Assembly (NCBI RefSeq): GCF_006345805.1 | Contig: NC_043008.1 | Location: forward strand, 40,672,001-40,736,000 | Direction of reading: 5' to 3' | Source: Octopus sinensis | Taxonomy: Eukaryota | Length of the DNA: 64,000 bases | Shown here: positions 43,010-54,223 of the stretch, piece by piece | Layout: every line of letters starts with the position of its first letter | Position numbering within the stretch: position 1 is the stretch's first letter | The notes under the pieces: generated by a model | The model's input: only the letters and a program-made list of their open reading frames with translations | The model's database searches: none | Told to the model about the DNA's origin: nothing | Program-made: the position numbers and the translations under genes

Positions 43010-43190
43010 TGATCACGAAGACGATGATGATGATGACGACGGCGACGATGACGATGATGATGACGATGACGATGATGATGGTGATGATGGTGATGACGAT
43101 GATGATGATGATGATGATGATAATAATAATAATAATAATAATGATAATAATAATAATAATAATAATAATAGTACTAGTAATGATAATAAA
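43010..43190. repeat. (GAT/GAC)n then (AAT)n triplet repeat
   Basis: Direct reading. Confidence 0.95.
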
Positions 43191-43529
43191 CATATTAATA
43201 TTAATTAATGCTCTGACGCAGTACTAAGCAGTGGTTCTCATAGATTCTGATCTTAACTGATCTGAAGCGTTACCATGTACATTATTTTGTCTTGGTACAA
43301 AAGATAACTACAGCAAATATTCTACTCAATACCACACAATTTCTTTCAGTTATTTGAATTTAAGCTGTTGAGCATGTCAATGACGAATATGTGCATCTCT
43401 GATCACGAACAGAAGAAGTGGGGGAACGCCATAGCCATGTGTTCGGAGGTTTTATTTGGAGAATGAGTAATTCATCCCTGGAAACATGGTTATTTCATTC
43501 AACATACTTAAACAACATGTGCATTTGTT

Positions 43530-44085
43530 ATCTCTGGGTACATGAACTAAATGGGATCTCCCTAACTGGAAGTTCACATGGGCTGACCTGTTGAGGCTGG
43601 AACCTTTGCGCATCTCCTTTCTGCTGGCGTTGTACCACTCTCTCCCGACGCCAACAAACCTTATTTCTTTGCTACCCACAAGGAGCTAAACACAGAGAGG
43701 ACAAACAAGGACAGACAAACGGATTAAGTCGATTATATCGTCCCCAGTGCGTAACTGGTACTTATTTAATCGACCCCGAAAGGATGAAAGGCAAAGTCGA
43801 CCTCGGCGGAATTTGAACTCAGAACGTTGCGGCAGACGAAATACCGCTAAGAGTTTCGCCCAGCGTGCTAACCTTTCTGCCAGCTCGCCGCCTTTACCAG
43901 CTCGCCTCCAGCAAACCTGCATAGATGGGGTTAGAAGGAAGATCAGCTGTGTAGACTTTGTGGAGGAAGGGGTATTCTGACACACATCTTGGCAGAGTAG
44001 CACTTTCTTAAGGCAGATGTAAATGGCTCCATCTTAGGAAGCTTGTAACACCTCACACCCTGGAGCATGTAATGCGCAAGATAGC
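43530..44085 (+). pseudogene. HERO-like RLE non-LTR retrotransposon fragment (zinc-knuckle region), interrupted by a SINE
   Basis: TKWDLPNWKFTWADLLRLEPLRISFLLALYHSLPTPTNL [SINE] PPANLHRWG*KEDQLCRLCGGRGILTHILAE...RCKWLH; matches the recalled pattern LPsPaNLhrWG...C.LC...gtl.HIL..C...RY.WRH. Confidence 0.75.
43661..43892 (-). mobile_element. SINE family B (B1), full length, nested in the HERO-like fragment
   Basis: ttatttctttgctacccacaagg...ccagctcgccgcc; flanked by the degenerate duplication ccaacaaacc / ccagcaaacc. Confidence 0.92.
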
Positions 44086-45073
44086 AGTTTCATAATGATA
44101 GCGCAAAAACGTGACATGCTAAAGCACGTCACTATTTTTGGAATGTCACTAAACTAAGAAGAAAGACACCGCAGAAGAATCTAGATATCCAACTGAAAGA
44201 ATCTAAAAAGGCAATTGAACTATGTTAAGAATTAAATTCGTATTTAGGAAAAGTTGCACTACTAACATAAACAATGAGAACGTACTAATCAATATAAGGA
44301 CTATGATTATTTTGCATCACTGTTACGTTTGACAGCTCACAGGTACAGTTAATATTAATTAAGTAGATGATGATTTCTACTTGGGATGTTCAAAGTTCTG
44401 TTGTCATTTTGGTGCAGATTTTCGCTGAGTTTTGCATTATACAGCATAACAGAAAGTTCTTGTCCCGCAGATAATAGTACGATATTTTCCTGTCATGTGT
44501 CAGGTTTGCATACACACACATAAACACAAAAACACACACACACACACACACGCTCTCTCGCACGAACACACATACATTCATGTATTTGCCTGGTGTTAAC
44601 GAACGAGATGTTTTTGACGTGACTGTATCTGTTTAACCGACCTTTCTAAAAGCATTCTGTGAATTAGCAGTCTGGCTGTTCACCAGCTTACGTGATTGTC
44701 CCATGTGAATGCAAAGAATAAGAATTGGGATATACACATAAGTTGTTTTAAAGAAGATTATGCATGCGAACTTTATTATATGCGAGTTTATTAATAAAAG
44801 TACTATAAACCATGTGAATTACGACATGGTATATTCAACAAAATATCAATTTATTGAAGTATTATTTGCTTAGAAAAACTTAACATATATGAATTTATTT
44901 GCCAGATTTTCTAAAATGTTATTCAAAATCCCAATTAAAACTGTTTCTACAGAATTTTCGAACACCCATGCATACATATACATAGATACATATGTGTATC
45001 TATTATATCTATATATTTTCCTGAATTTATTTCCTTCCATCTGAATCTTCATTTAACGCCCTCTCAATGAAAT

Positions 45074-45155
<82 letters not shown>

Positions 45156-45160
<5 letters not shown>

Positions 45161-45380
45161 TAATCCAAACAAGAAAAAACAAAAAACCCCAAAAAACACA
45201 ACAACGCGAGGACGTGGAACAAATAAAGTATTATTGGAGGCTCACGAAAGAAGGGAAGAAGGAAGGCTTAACGTTTCGAGCGGAGCTCTTCGTCGGAAAC
45301 ATAGGAGAAGGAAAGATCCCGAAAAGGGAAGACAGAGGAAAAACAATCGCCAGCGGTACTCACGAGGTCACGATACAAAT
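45156..45380 (-). mobile_element. TA-flanked Penelope-like terminal-repeat fragment carrying a hammerhead-like motif
   Basis: Second copy at 31232-31335; abuts (TA)n; contains the minimal hammerhead motif typical of PLE terminal repeats. Confidence 0.6.
45266..45300 (-). ncRNA. Minimal type-I hammerhead ribozyme-like motif (U4C variant, extra A after A9)
   Basis: Minus strand GUUU-CCGACGA-A-GAGC-UCC-GCUC-GAAAC-GUU-AAGC: stem I GUUU/AAGC, stem II GAGC/GCUC, loopless palindromic stem III (ACGU). Confidence 0.55.
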
Positions 45381-47692
45381 TATATTTTGCTGAAATCGAC
45401 TATATTTCGTCTAATTCAATCAAGTTGCGTGAATAATTCCATAATACACACCTAAGAAGTATTTATTTAATATGCGAGTGTGCGTATGTTTTATGTTTGC
45501 GTGTGTGTGTTTGGAAGTGTGTCTGTCTGTGTGTGTGTGTATCTGCATGTATGAGTTTATAGTACTTAAATATTTCTTCCTGCATTCTAAAACCAAATTG
45601 TATCTGATTTCTGCTTATCGACAAGCAGAAATCTCTAATTCGTCTCAGTGCATTTAACAGTAATATAATGGGTTTGTTTTATTTCATCATCAATCTATTA
45701 CTTACAACATTTCTTAATATGTAATTGAAAAACGCATATATTCACAAATTATATTCTCTTAAATAACGTCAAGACTACTGGCGTTGTATCAAATCTGAAA
45801 AATTGCTTTTCTTTCAGAGAGAAATAAATTTATGTTTACACAGTTCTTAAGTAATTTCATCTAGCGTTTGTGAAAATACTATTGCCATTGAAGTGCGTGT
45901 ATTCCATACGGATGTCAGAGCGTAATGATTGAAACGGTTAACAATGACAATATAACTCTTACGTCTGACTTACTGTCAATATTTACATCTCAGGCACAAT
46001 GTTGTCTTTGGAATGTTATATGTGATATGGAAAACGTAATTCAATAGGCCACATCCAAGACATATCCGAGACATTGCTTAATAAAACAAATATATAGTTT
46101 CTATTAAATTGGCAGCAACACGTTATCTGTCCACTGAGTGAATAACGAAATATAATTAATATGTATTGTATGCAACTATTTCCAATGGGTGAATTACCTT
46201 GTAATAACTATATAATTCAAAAACTTGAGATGAAATAAATGCGTACAAGAAACTCAAGACATAGTGGTAATACTTCATGAGCAATAAAAATGCATAAAAT
46301 TTCTGCGTTTTTATATAATCAACATAAATGTTAGAATGCCAGTAATGCTATATTAATTCAATTTCGAGACCACGGTCGTTTGGGATTTTCGATATTTTAA
46401 ATCCTCAAAGCATGGCTATCGAAAGGTTTTGTTTCCGAAACTGTAATATGAACGAAATACACCGCAGAGATCATACTTAACATTACGCAACAATGTTAGG
46501 GTATAATATCTTGGTAAGATTATACTACAATGGTTTTAATTAATTTCATTGCCAAAGTTAATAGTACATGCATAAAATGTGAAACGAAATGAAGTGATCC
46601 TATATGACACTGTAGAAATATAGCTCTCAACCTAGGTCCTGTATGGTCACTGAAGGTTTTTATGGGATTGGGGTGTCCACGCACACAAAAATATTTTGCA
46701 GCTCCACTGTTTTATTTTTACAGACCATGAATATATTTTGTTTAGACGTAGTTACTAAACAAAACACTAGGTTTCCTTCTCCAACACTTTACACATTTGA
46801 AATTTTTCTGGCCATGTAAACATGTTCTCTCAAACTGTGCTATTGTAAATCTATACAAGTGAATTCATGTAGAACAAATTAAGAAATTTGAAAGAAGAAT
46901 TTATAAATCTATTTTTAAACAATGAATGTCTATGCGTTCCACTCGGTAAAAAAAAATTATCTAGATCCACTGCTACAGAGACTCTGACACTGGTATCTCT
47001 GAAATGAAGATATAACTGACGAGCTTCCAAGTGAGGTGACTCCATTGCAAGTTTCTAAGATACAGTATGGTAATGCTAAATCTGTTGAATTCTTAACATG
47101 TATCTATTACGTAAGCCACGTCATGATTTAAACTCAGGATTGCAACTATTTCAAGAAATGTCACGTGATAACCTCTTTTAACCACAACTCTGTGGGATAA
47201 CGATGACAGCGCCCCAAACTCAACTTTATATATTTTATCAACATCCTTATTTTCCGTCGCTCCGAATTCCGGCGGATTTGTATATAGGAAGGTACCTGGC
47301 GAAAAACTGATTTTGATTTTTGTCTTCATTTGGGAAGAGATATGAGACGAGGTTGACATTTTCTTACTCTCAACGTATTGGCATGGCTGCTTCTGGAAGG
47401 AAAGATCTGATTCTTTGGCAATGCGCAAATCTTTCCACATACATATTTCTCTCACATTTCAGACAAAGTCGAGAACAAAGGCAATATTCTAACTAAAAGA
47501 TTCTTCCACAGATTTTCTTCGCCTGAGGCGAGTGTTCGTCTTTTGCATTTGTCATCCACTCTCATTCCTATCTGCATATTCATTTCTCAGAGTTGATAGT
47601 GTACGTCAGTATTCTTGTTATTTTCATCTAAAGCTTATCTGTCCTATTTGGGGGAAGAGCGTTACGCAAAGCAATATTAGTTTCGTACCGAA

Positions 47693-48125
47693 GGCGGTGA
47701 GCTGGCAGAAACGTTAGCACACCGGAGTGAAATGCTTAGCTGTATTTCGTCTGCCGCTACGTTCTGAGTTCAAATTCCACCGAGGTCGACTTTGACCTTC
47801 ATCCGTTCGGGGTCGATTAAATACGTGCCAGTTACGCACTGGGGTCGATATAATCGACTTAATCCGTTGTCTGTCCTTGTTTGTCCTCTCTGTGTTTAGC
47901 CCCTTGTGGGCAGTAAAGAAATAAGAAACGTTAGCACACCGAGCTAAATGTTTAGTAGCATTTGTTGGTTTTTAAGTTCTTAGTTCAAACTCCTCAGATG
48001 TTAACTTTGCATTTTATCATTTATGGGTCGATAAGTCAAGTACCAGTTGCGTACTGGAGTCGTTCTAACCGACTGGCCTCCTCACCGCAAAAATTTCGGG
48101 CCTTGTCCCAAGAGTAGAAAAGATT
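47693..48125 (+). mobile_element. Nested SINE family B: young B1 copy (to 47925) inside the head of an older B2 copy
   Basis: aaacgttagcacacc occurs at 47709 and again at 47926; the whole unit is flanked by attagtttcgtaccga / attagtttcttaccga (putative TSD). Confidence 0.85.
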
Positions 48126-49271
48126 AGTTTCTTACCGATGAACACTGTGTATTTAGTATTACAATATGGAAAAACTCTTCAATTCTAAACATTTTCACCT
48201 CAGTGAACTAACCATATAATCATCGAAAGATAAAACTTAATAGCTACGAATATAAGATACACGTAGCTGGCATATACAATGATAATTCAAACATCTAAGG
48301 GTCCAATATATGCCATAGACACTGCACGTACAAAACTAATTGTGTACAATGAGAAATAGCTATACCGAGGAACATAAATCATTCAGTACATAATATGATA
48401 AATAATGAAGTAAAAAACTAAAGAAAGATATAGACGTGGTACAAAAAGTAATGAAAACGTCTACGCAGGTGAATGAACGCCTTTGACACGAGGCATGAAT
48501 TAAATTCTAAAAAAATACAGTTAAGAAATGTTTCATATGCGTTCTAATTCAAACTAAATTAAAAATTACACTAAATCAGTTATTAATCTGATCTTCTACT
48601 AAAGAAAATTTTAATATAATATTCAACGCACTTAATGGTATGGAACTAAATTATCTCAATCACTCGTACAAATGTACCGAAAGAAATGATATAATGCATG
48701 TAGCAAACACATATCATTCCACTAATCAAAGAAAATATAATTAAAATTAGGCAGGCAACTATACAAAATATATTTAAAATGAAGCACTCATATGGAATGT
48801 TCTGAACGAAAGAAAAATAAAAACAGGAATATTGAAGTTAATCTCTTATCAACGGAAAATTTTCTGAACCATACCACGATATCAAGACACCGAGAGACAT
48901 GTGTTGAAAGCAGGAAAAATGTTCTAAATATAAGCAATCGGTATATTTGTTTCTTCATACATGCTTTCTAGCTCTATGCACTGAATAATACAGTCTCAAA
49001 AATTATACACGTTTATAAGTTTTTAAAACTTTTCTTCTTATTTTACATCTGGAGAATTAATATAGTAATGCCACTGAAAGTTGATTATTCCAATCGAATC
49101 AAAACAGCACCGACGGATAAAATCATGCTGAAGTGAATCCGTTTACATGCACATATATTGATGTATTCTATAGAATTGTACAACAAAGAAACAAATACAT
49201 AACATATAAAATATAAATATGAAGTAGCTAACACATAAGCATAACATATGAAAAAGCAGAAGTATATGTTT

Positions 49272-49501
49272 GTTTCTTTATTGCCCACAAGGGGCTACAC
49301 ACAGAGTGGACAAACAAGGACAGACAAACGGATTATGTCGATTATATCGACCCCAGTGTGTAACTGGTACATATTTAATCGACCCCGAAAGGATGAAAGG
49401 TATAATCAACCTCGGCGGCATTTGAACTCAGAACGGAACGGCAGACGAAATACCGTTAAATATTTCGCCCGGTGTGCTAACGTTTCTGCTTGCTCACCGC
49501 C
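49272..49501 (-). mobile_element. SINE family B (B1), full length
   Basis: tttctttattgcccacaagggg...gctcaccgcc. Confidence 0.92.
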
Positions 49502-49797
49502 TTACAGAAGTATATATTACCAGAATGTTCTCCTTGAGAAGCATGTTTTTATATATGTTGACGTTTTCTATGTAAGGTACTATTTAAAATAATACTTGTA
49601 ACTCAATATGATCTGCCCTTGATAGGTAAAAATAACTATATGTTGCACATTACGAAAATGGTACATAATGACGAAATATTATTTGTTACTTTATTTGCAA
49701 CGCAATACTTCTTCAAAGATAAATTCTCTCTTGCTTTTTACTCACTATTTCTCATTCTGTCACGCTACGTATATATGTGTGAGCATGTTCTTATGCA

Positions 49798-50330
49798 TAT
49801 CATCATCATCATCATCATCATCACCACCACCACCATCATCATCAGCATCATCATCACGATCATCATCATTATCGCCATACATACGTTTTTCATATTTGCA
49901 TAAGTTGGACGGTTTAACGGGAACTGGCAAGCTGAAAGCCTTCACCAGCTCTCAGTCGTCTGCTTTGGTATCGTTTATCCGGCCAATGCCCTTCCAAACG
50001 CCGAGCACTTTACGAAGTGTACTAGGTACTTGCAGATGGCGAAGACACTGGCGCCTACTACACAGCACCATCACGGGCGCTTTTTTGCGTGACCCCGGCG
50101 CGGGAGACATTTACGTATCGCCAACAAGAGTGCTCTTTACGTGATGTCAGCATGGTTGCTTTATACGTGGCGCCAGCACAAATGCTTTGTACGCGGTGCC
50201 CGTACCCGCGGGATCGGCAAGTCACTTGCTAAACGAAGACGCCTCAGCTGACAGGTTGGATTATAACAACAGGTCAGGCATACTTGTCTCATTATCGAGG
50301 AGATACTGGACTACTCTAGTAAGACAAGGA
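49798..50330. mobile_element. (CAT)n-associated dispersed repeat (SINE or non-LTR 3' remnant, family D)
   Basis: (cat)n followed by a GC-rich body ttggacggtttaacgggaactggc...ccggccaatgcccttccaaacgcc...; family recognised from recall only. Confidence 0.5.
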
Positions 50331-50512
50331 AGGAGAAGGAGATAGGTGAGAGGCATAGAAAGATCGGGAAAGAGGGCCTACCCACAGGAATCAGTGGTTG
50401 AGGAGTATAAGTAGCGCAGGGACGATAGAGAAGTTCCATCTACTCAAATATATATATTTATATACATTTTCACGTATAGATGTATATAATGTGTATGTGT
50501 ATTTGTCTGAGT

Positions 50513-50550
<38 letters not shown>

Positions 50551-50885
50551 ACAATATCATGTCACCTGGCTGAATTCCAGTAGGTACATCTAGAAACATC
50601 TTCGGCCGGAAAGATGCATGGAAATATCTAATATATTATGATTATATACATAGACTCCAATCAAATAACGAGCTACAAAATGCTATAATTCCGACGATGG
50701 ATGCTTAAAAAAATAAGATTATCCATAAGTTTATATGTAGAACAACGACTGAAGGTTGCGTCAACAAGTGCAAGGTTAATCACATCGCAAATACATCGGA
50801 AGTGTATTTACAAGGAAGAATTTTTTCCGTGACGCCGGCTAAAATTTAGAGTTAGGTAGTTATGAAGTTTCTGTGAATTGCTACA

Positions 50886-50927
<42 letters not shown>

Positions 50928-51000
50928 AAATTAATATTTTACATGGAAACAAATTAACTGATATAAAGTATACACACACGAACACACATATATACGTATG

Positions 51001-51068
<68 letters not shown>

Positions 51069-51082
51069 CATGTATGTGTGTT

Positions 51083-51165
<83 letters not shown>

Positions 51166-52050
51166 GCATATTGAAATGAATCACAGCTGACTTCTGATAT
51201 CGTTATTAATGTTTGTTATGCCAATAATATAACTGTCTACGTATCTGTGGTGGTTTTACAATTTAACAATAATCCATTACGTTGAACTGAACTGAAATGA
51301 AATAAATTGAATTGTTATACTTCCAAAGAATTATAGAAGCTGTGTAATTGTGGCTTCAACAAACGACCACGTTCTTGCAAGTTAATCTGAAAGACGGGGT
51401 CCAAATAGAATTATAGGTATGTCGGAATATCTTATGCTTCTCGTGAGATTTCATTAAAATGGAAACTAGATAAGGTAATATTAACTCTGCAATATTTGAA
51501 TATTAGATTATTGTGAAGATTACTTGACGAGCAAGTTATTATAGTTCTATAATTCAGTATATTGATTTATATGTTGTTAACTAAGTTATAAAACCTAATC
51601 CAAGTATCTGTATTGTTATGACCCTCATTGCATTGAAATTAGTCAGTAGCTGCGGATGTTTGATAAATGTGACGTGACAAAATATGTGTAGTGCTTTAAC
51701 AAATATATATAACGTTACTGATATGTTCCTATTTCTAATCTCAGAACAGAAATATAGAACTGACATCAATGATTTGCCTCGTATGATTTTACAGAGCTAC
51801 GTCCTTATTCGATATATAAAGTTTGTAAATTTTAACATGAGTTTTGTGCACTTATAAAAGGCAAACGATAGTCGTGTGGTCAGCCGCGTGGAATATGTGG
51901 TTAATATGTAGGAGTTCATGAAACCGATGTGGTTCTGGGTCTCTAGGTCACGGTTTCTATCTTTGTCTTGGTAACACATATCAAATTATTTATTCCATGT
52001 GATAATTACACTGTATAACTAATTAATGCTTATATAGTTATTTCCCTTAC

Positions 52051-52080
52051 AAACCCGAGCAACGCCGGACGATACTGCTA

Positions 52081-52081
<1 letters not shown>
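52051..52081 (+). mobile_element. Helitron-like 3' terminus
   Basis: Short GC hairpin cccgagcaacgccgg about 8 nt upstream of CTAG, followed by T; the canonical Helitron 3' signature. Confidence 0.5.
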
Positions 52082-52129
<48 letters not shown>

Positions 52130-52142
52130 GTATATATATATA

Positions 52143-52202
<60 letters not shown>

Positions 52203-53892
52203 TATATGTATATGTGTGTGCGTGTCCGTATTTATATCTATACATATATATATTTATACGTTTGTGTGCATGCATGTGTGTTTGTGTATGTATATATATG
52301 TATATAATTGGCTCACCCCATACCTAACATACTATCACCATCACACCTTAAATTACTAAGCTCACTAACATTACTTCAAAACGTGCTGAGCATCAAGCGA
52401 ACTGTGAATTAGCAAATGTACGCTTAAGAAACGAAAGTGAATAATAAAAAGTATAATCTAGAACTCTCTCCTCAGTGAAGCTAAGTATTCGATGGCACGC
52501 TTGTATTGAACCTATATGAATTACATTGCAGAAACACGTGTTATTGCACACCAACCATTGAGGGTTTTCGTGTCGTTTATTCATTTTGTTCGGATTTATA
52601 AAATGTTAATAGAAGGACCCCGAATTTTCTAATAAAACTGATTAAATTTTCGGGAGATATTGACGCTATTAATATTATAAATGAGGTTGTAACTAGATAT
52701 GTGCATAGGATGATGTTCTAATAAGTGTCTCACCGCTAGTCCATATTGAATAGCAACACAACAGAACGTAGCGAACAAGGACATCAAGGTATATGGGAGA
52801 TAGCAACTGTATTTAAATCTTCTCTAGATGCTCATGCTAACTTATATATATATATGGCAAGTTCGTGTATGTGTGTGTTTGTGTAAGTATGTGTGTGTGT
52901 GAGTGCGAGCCTGTGTGTGTAAATGCGTGTGCGTGAATGTGAGTGTGTATGTATGTGTATATGTGTGTGTGTGTGTTTGTGTGTCTCCGAGAGAGAGAGA
53001 GAGAGATGTACATGCATCCACATATCATCCATACATACGTTTATCTCGTCTTTTGAATCCTTGAATTGTTTAAATTCTTGGTTAATTTGTACAGTAAGCA
53101 TACAAGATTATATCAGCAACATTTCCTAAGTGCACACTATTTCTATTAGGAAATGCACAAAAGTTTACTCATTCGACATTGTTAAGTACACAAATATCTA
53201 TTCCCCTAAAACACTACTCCACAAAATAAACATTTTGTTCGTAATTTGCTTATTTTATACGCTGTTGTTTCTCAAATTCCTTTTCTGCTGTTGTTGCACA
53301 AATTATGCACAATCGACTTAAATGCCTTTGTGTTTAAGTAACGTAGTACCAATTTGGCATGATGTGGAATTCGACATTCTAAAACGAAACTGATAAAGAA
53401 TCGGAAGTAGTTCGCAACAATAAAACAACAGCAACAACTAAAACAACCAAAATCAGAGAACAGCAAAGCAAAGAAACGTCTCAATGCTGACATGACTGGT
53501 CTGAAAGTTAAATCAATATTCTCATTAACGCATGGTTCATTCTTTCTCAGAATGAGAAGATTCATGCTTCATGCGTACGTAAATGTCATTGCCAATAGGA
53601 TTGTTCACCTTTTAAATAACAACCAAAAGAGAAATGTTCAAAACAAACTGAAGCAAATAACTACTTCGTATCGTACCATAATTAAGGACGCGGATGAACT
53701 CGCTACTTCCCAAAACCAGAGACCGCAATCAGTAGCAGTAACAAAAAAACAAACAACAACTACATCAACAACAATTTCAGTTACCACAATGGCATAAGAA
53801 GCCACCGCGGCGACAGCAGCAGCGAAGTCTTGCAAGCCAACATACCACAAAAGGCACGCGGCCATCACCATTCCTATCGGCAATAATTCTAC

Positions 53893-53901
53893 CGCCTTTC
53901 T

Positions 53902-53953
<52 letters not shown>

Positions 53954-53990
53954 AACTACTACTATTCATAATAATAATAATAATAATAAT

Positions 53991-54034
<44 letters not shown>

Positions 54035-54097
54035 TAATAAAAGTAAAAATAATAATAATAATAATCAAAAATAATAATAATAATAATGATAATGATG

Positions 54098-54143
<46 letters not shown>

Positions 54144-54187
54144 TAATAAAAATAAAAATAATAATAGTAATAAAATTAAAAAAAAAA

Positions 54188-54222
<35 letters not shown>
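53893..54222. repeat. (CTA)n then (TAA)n microsatellite, 5' flank of the R4/Dong element
   Basis: Direct reading. Confidence 0.95.

Positions 54223-54223
<1 letters not shown>

Noticed and set aside
53492-53797. 101-aa ORF upstream of the Dong element
   Set aside because: The 3' half is a decayed CAA/ACA repeat; no TE or host motifs; separated from the element by the microsatellite
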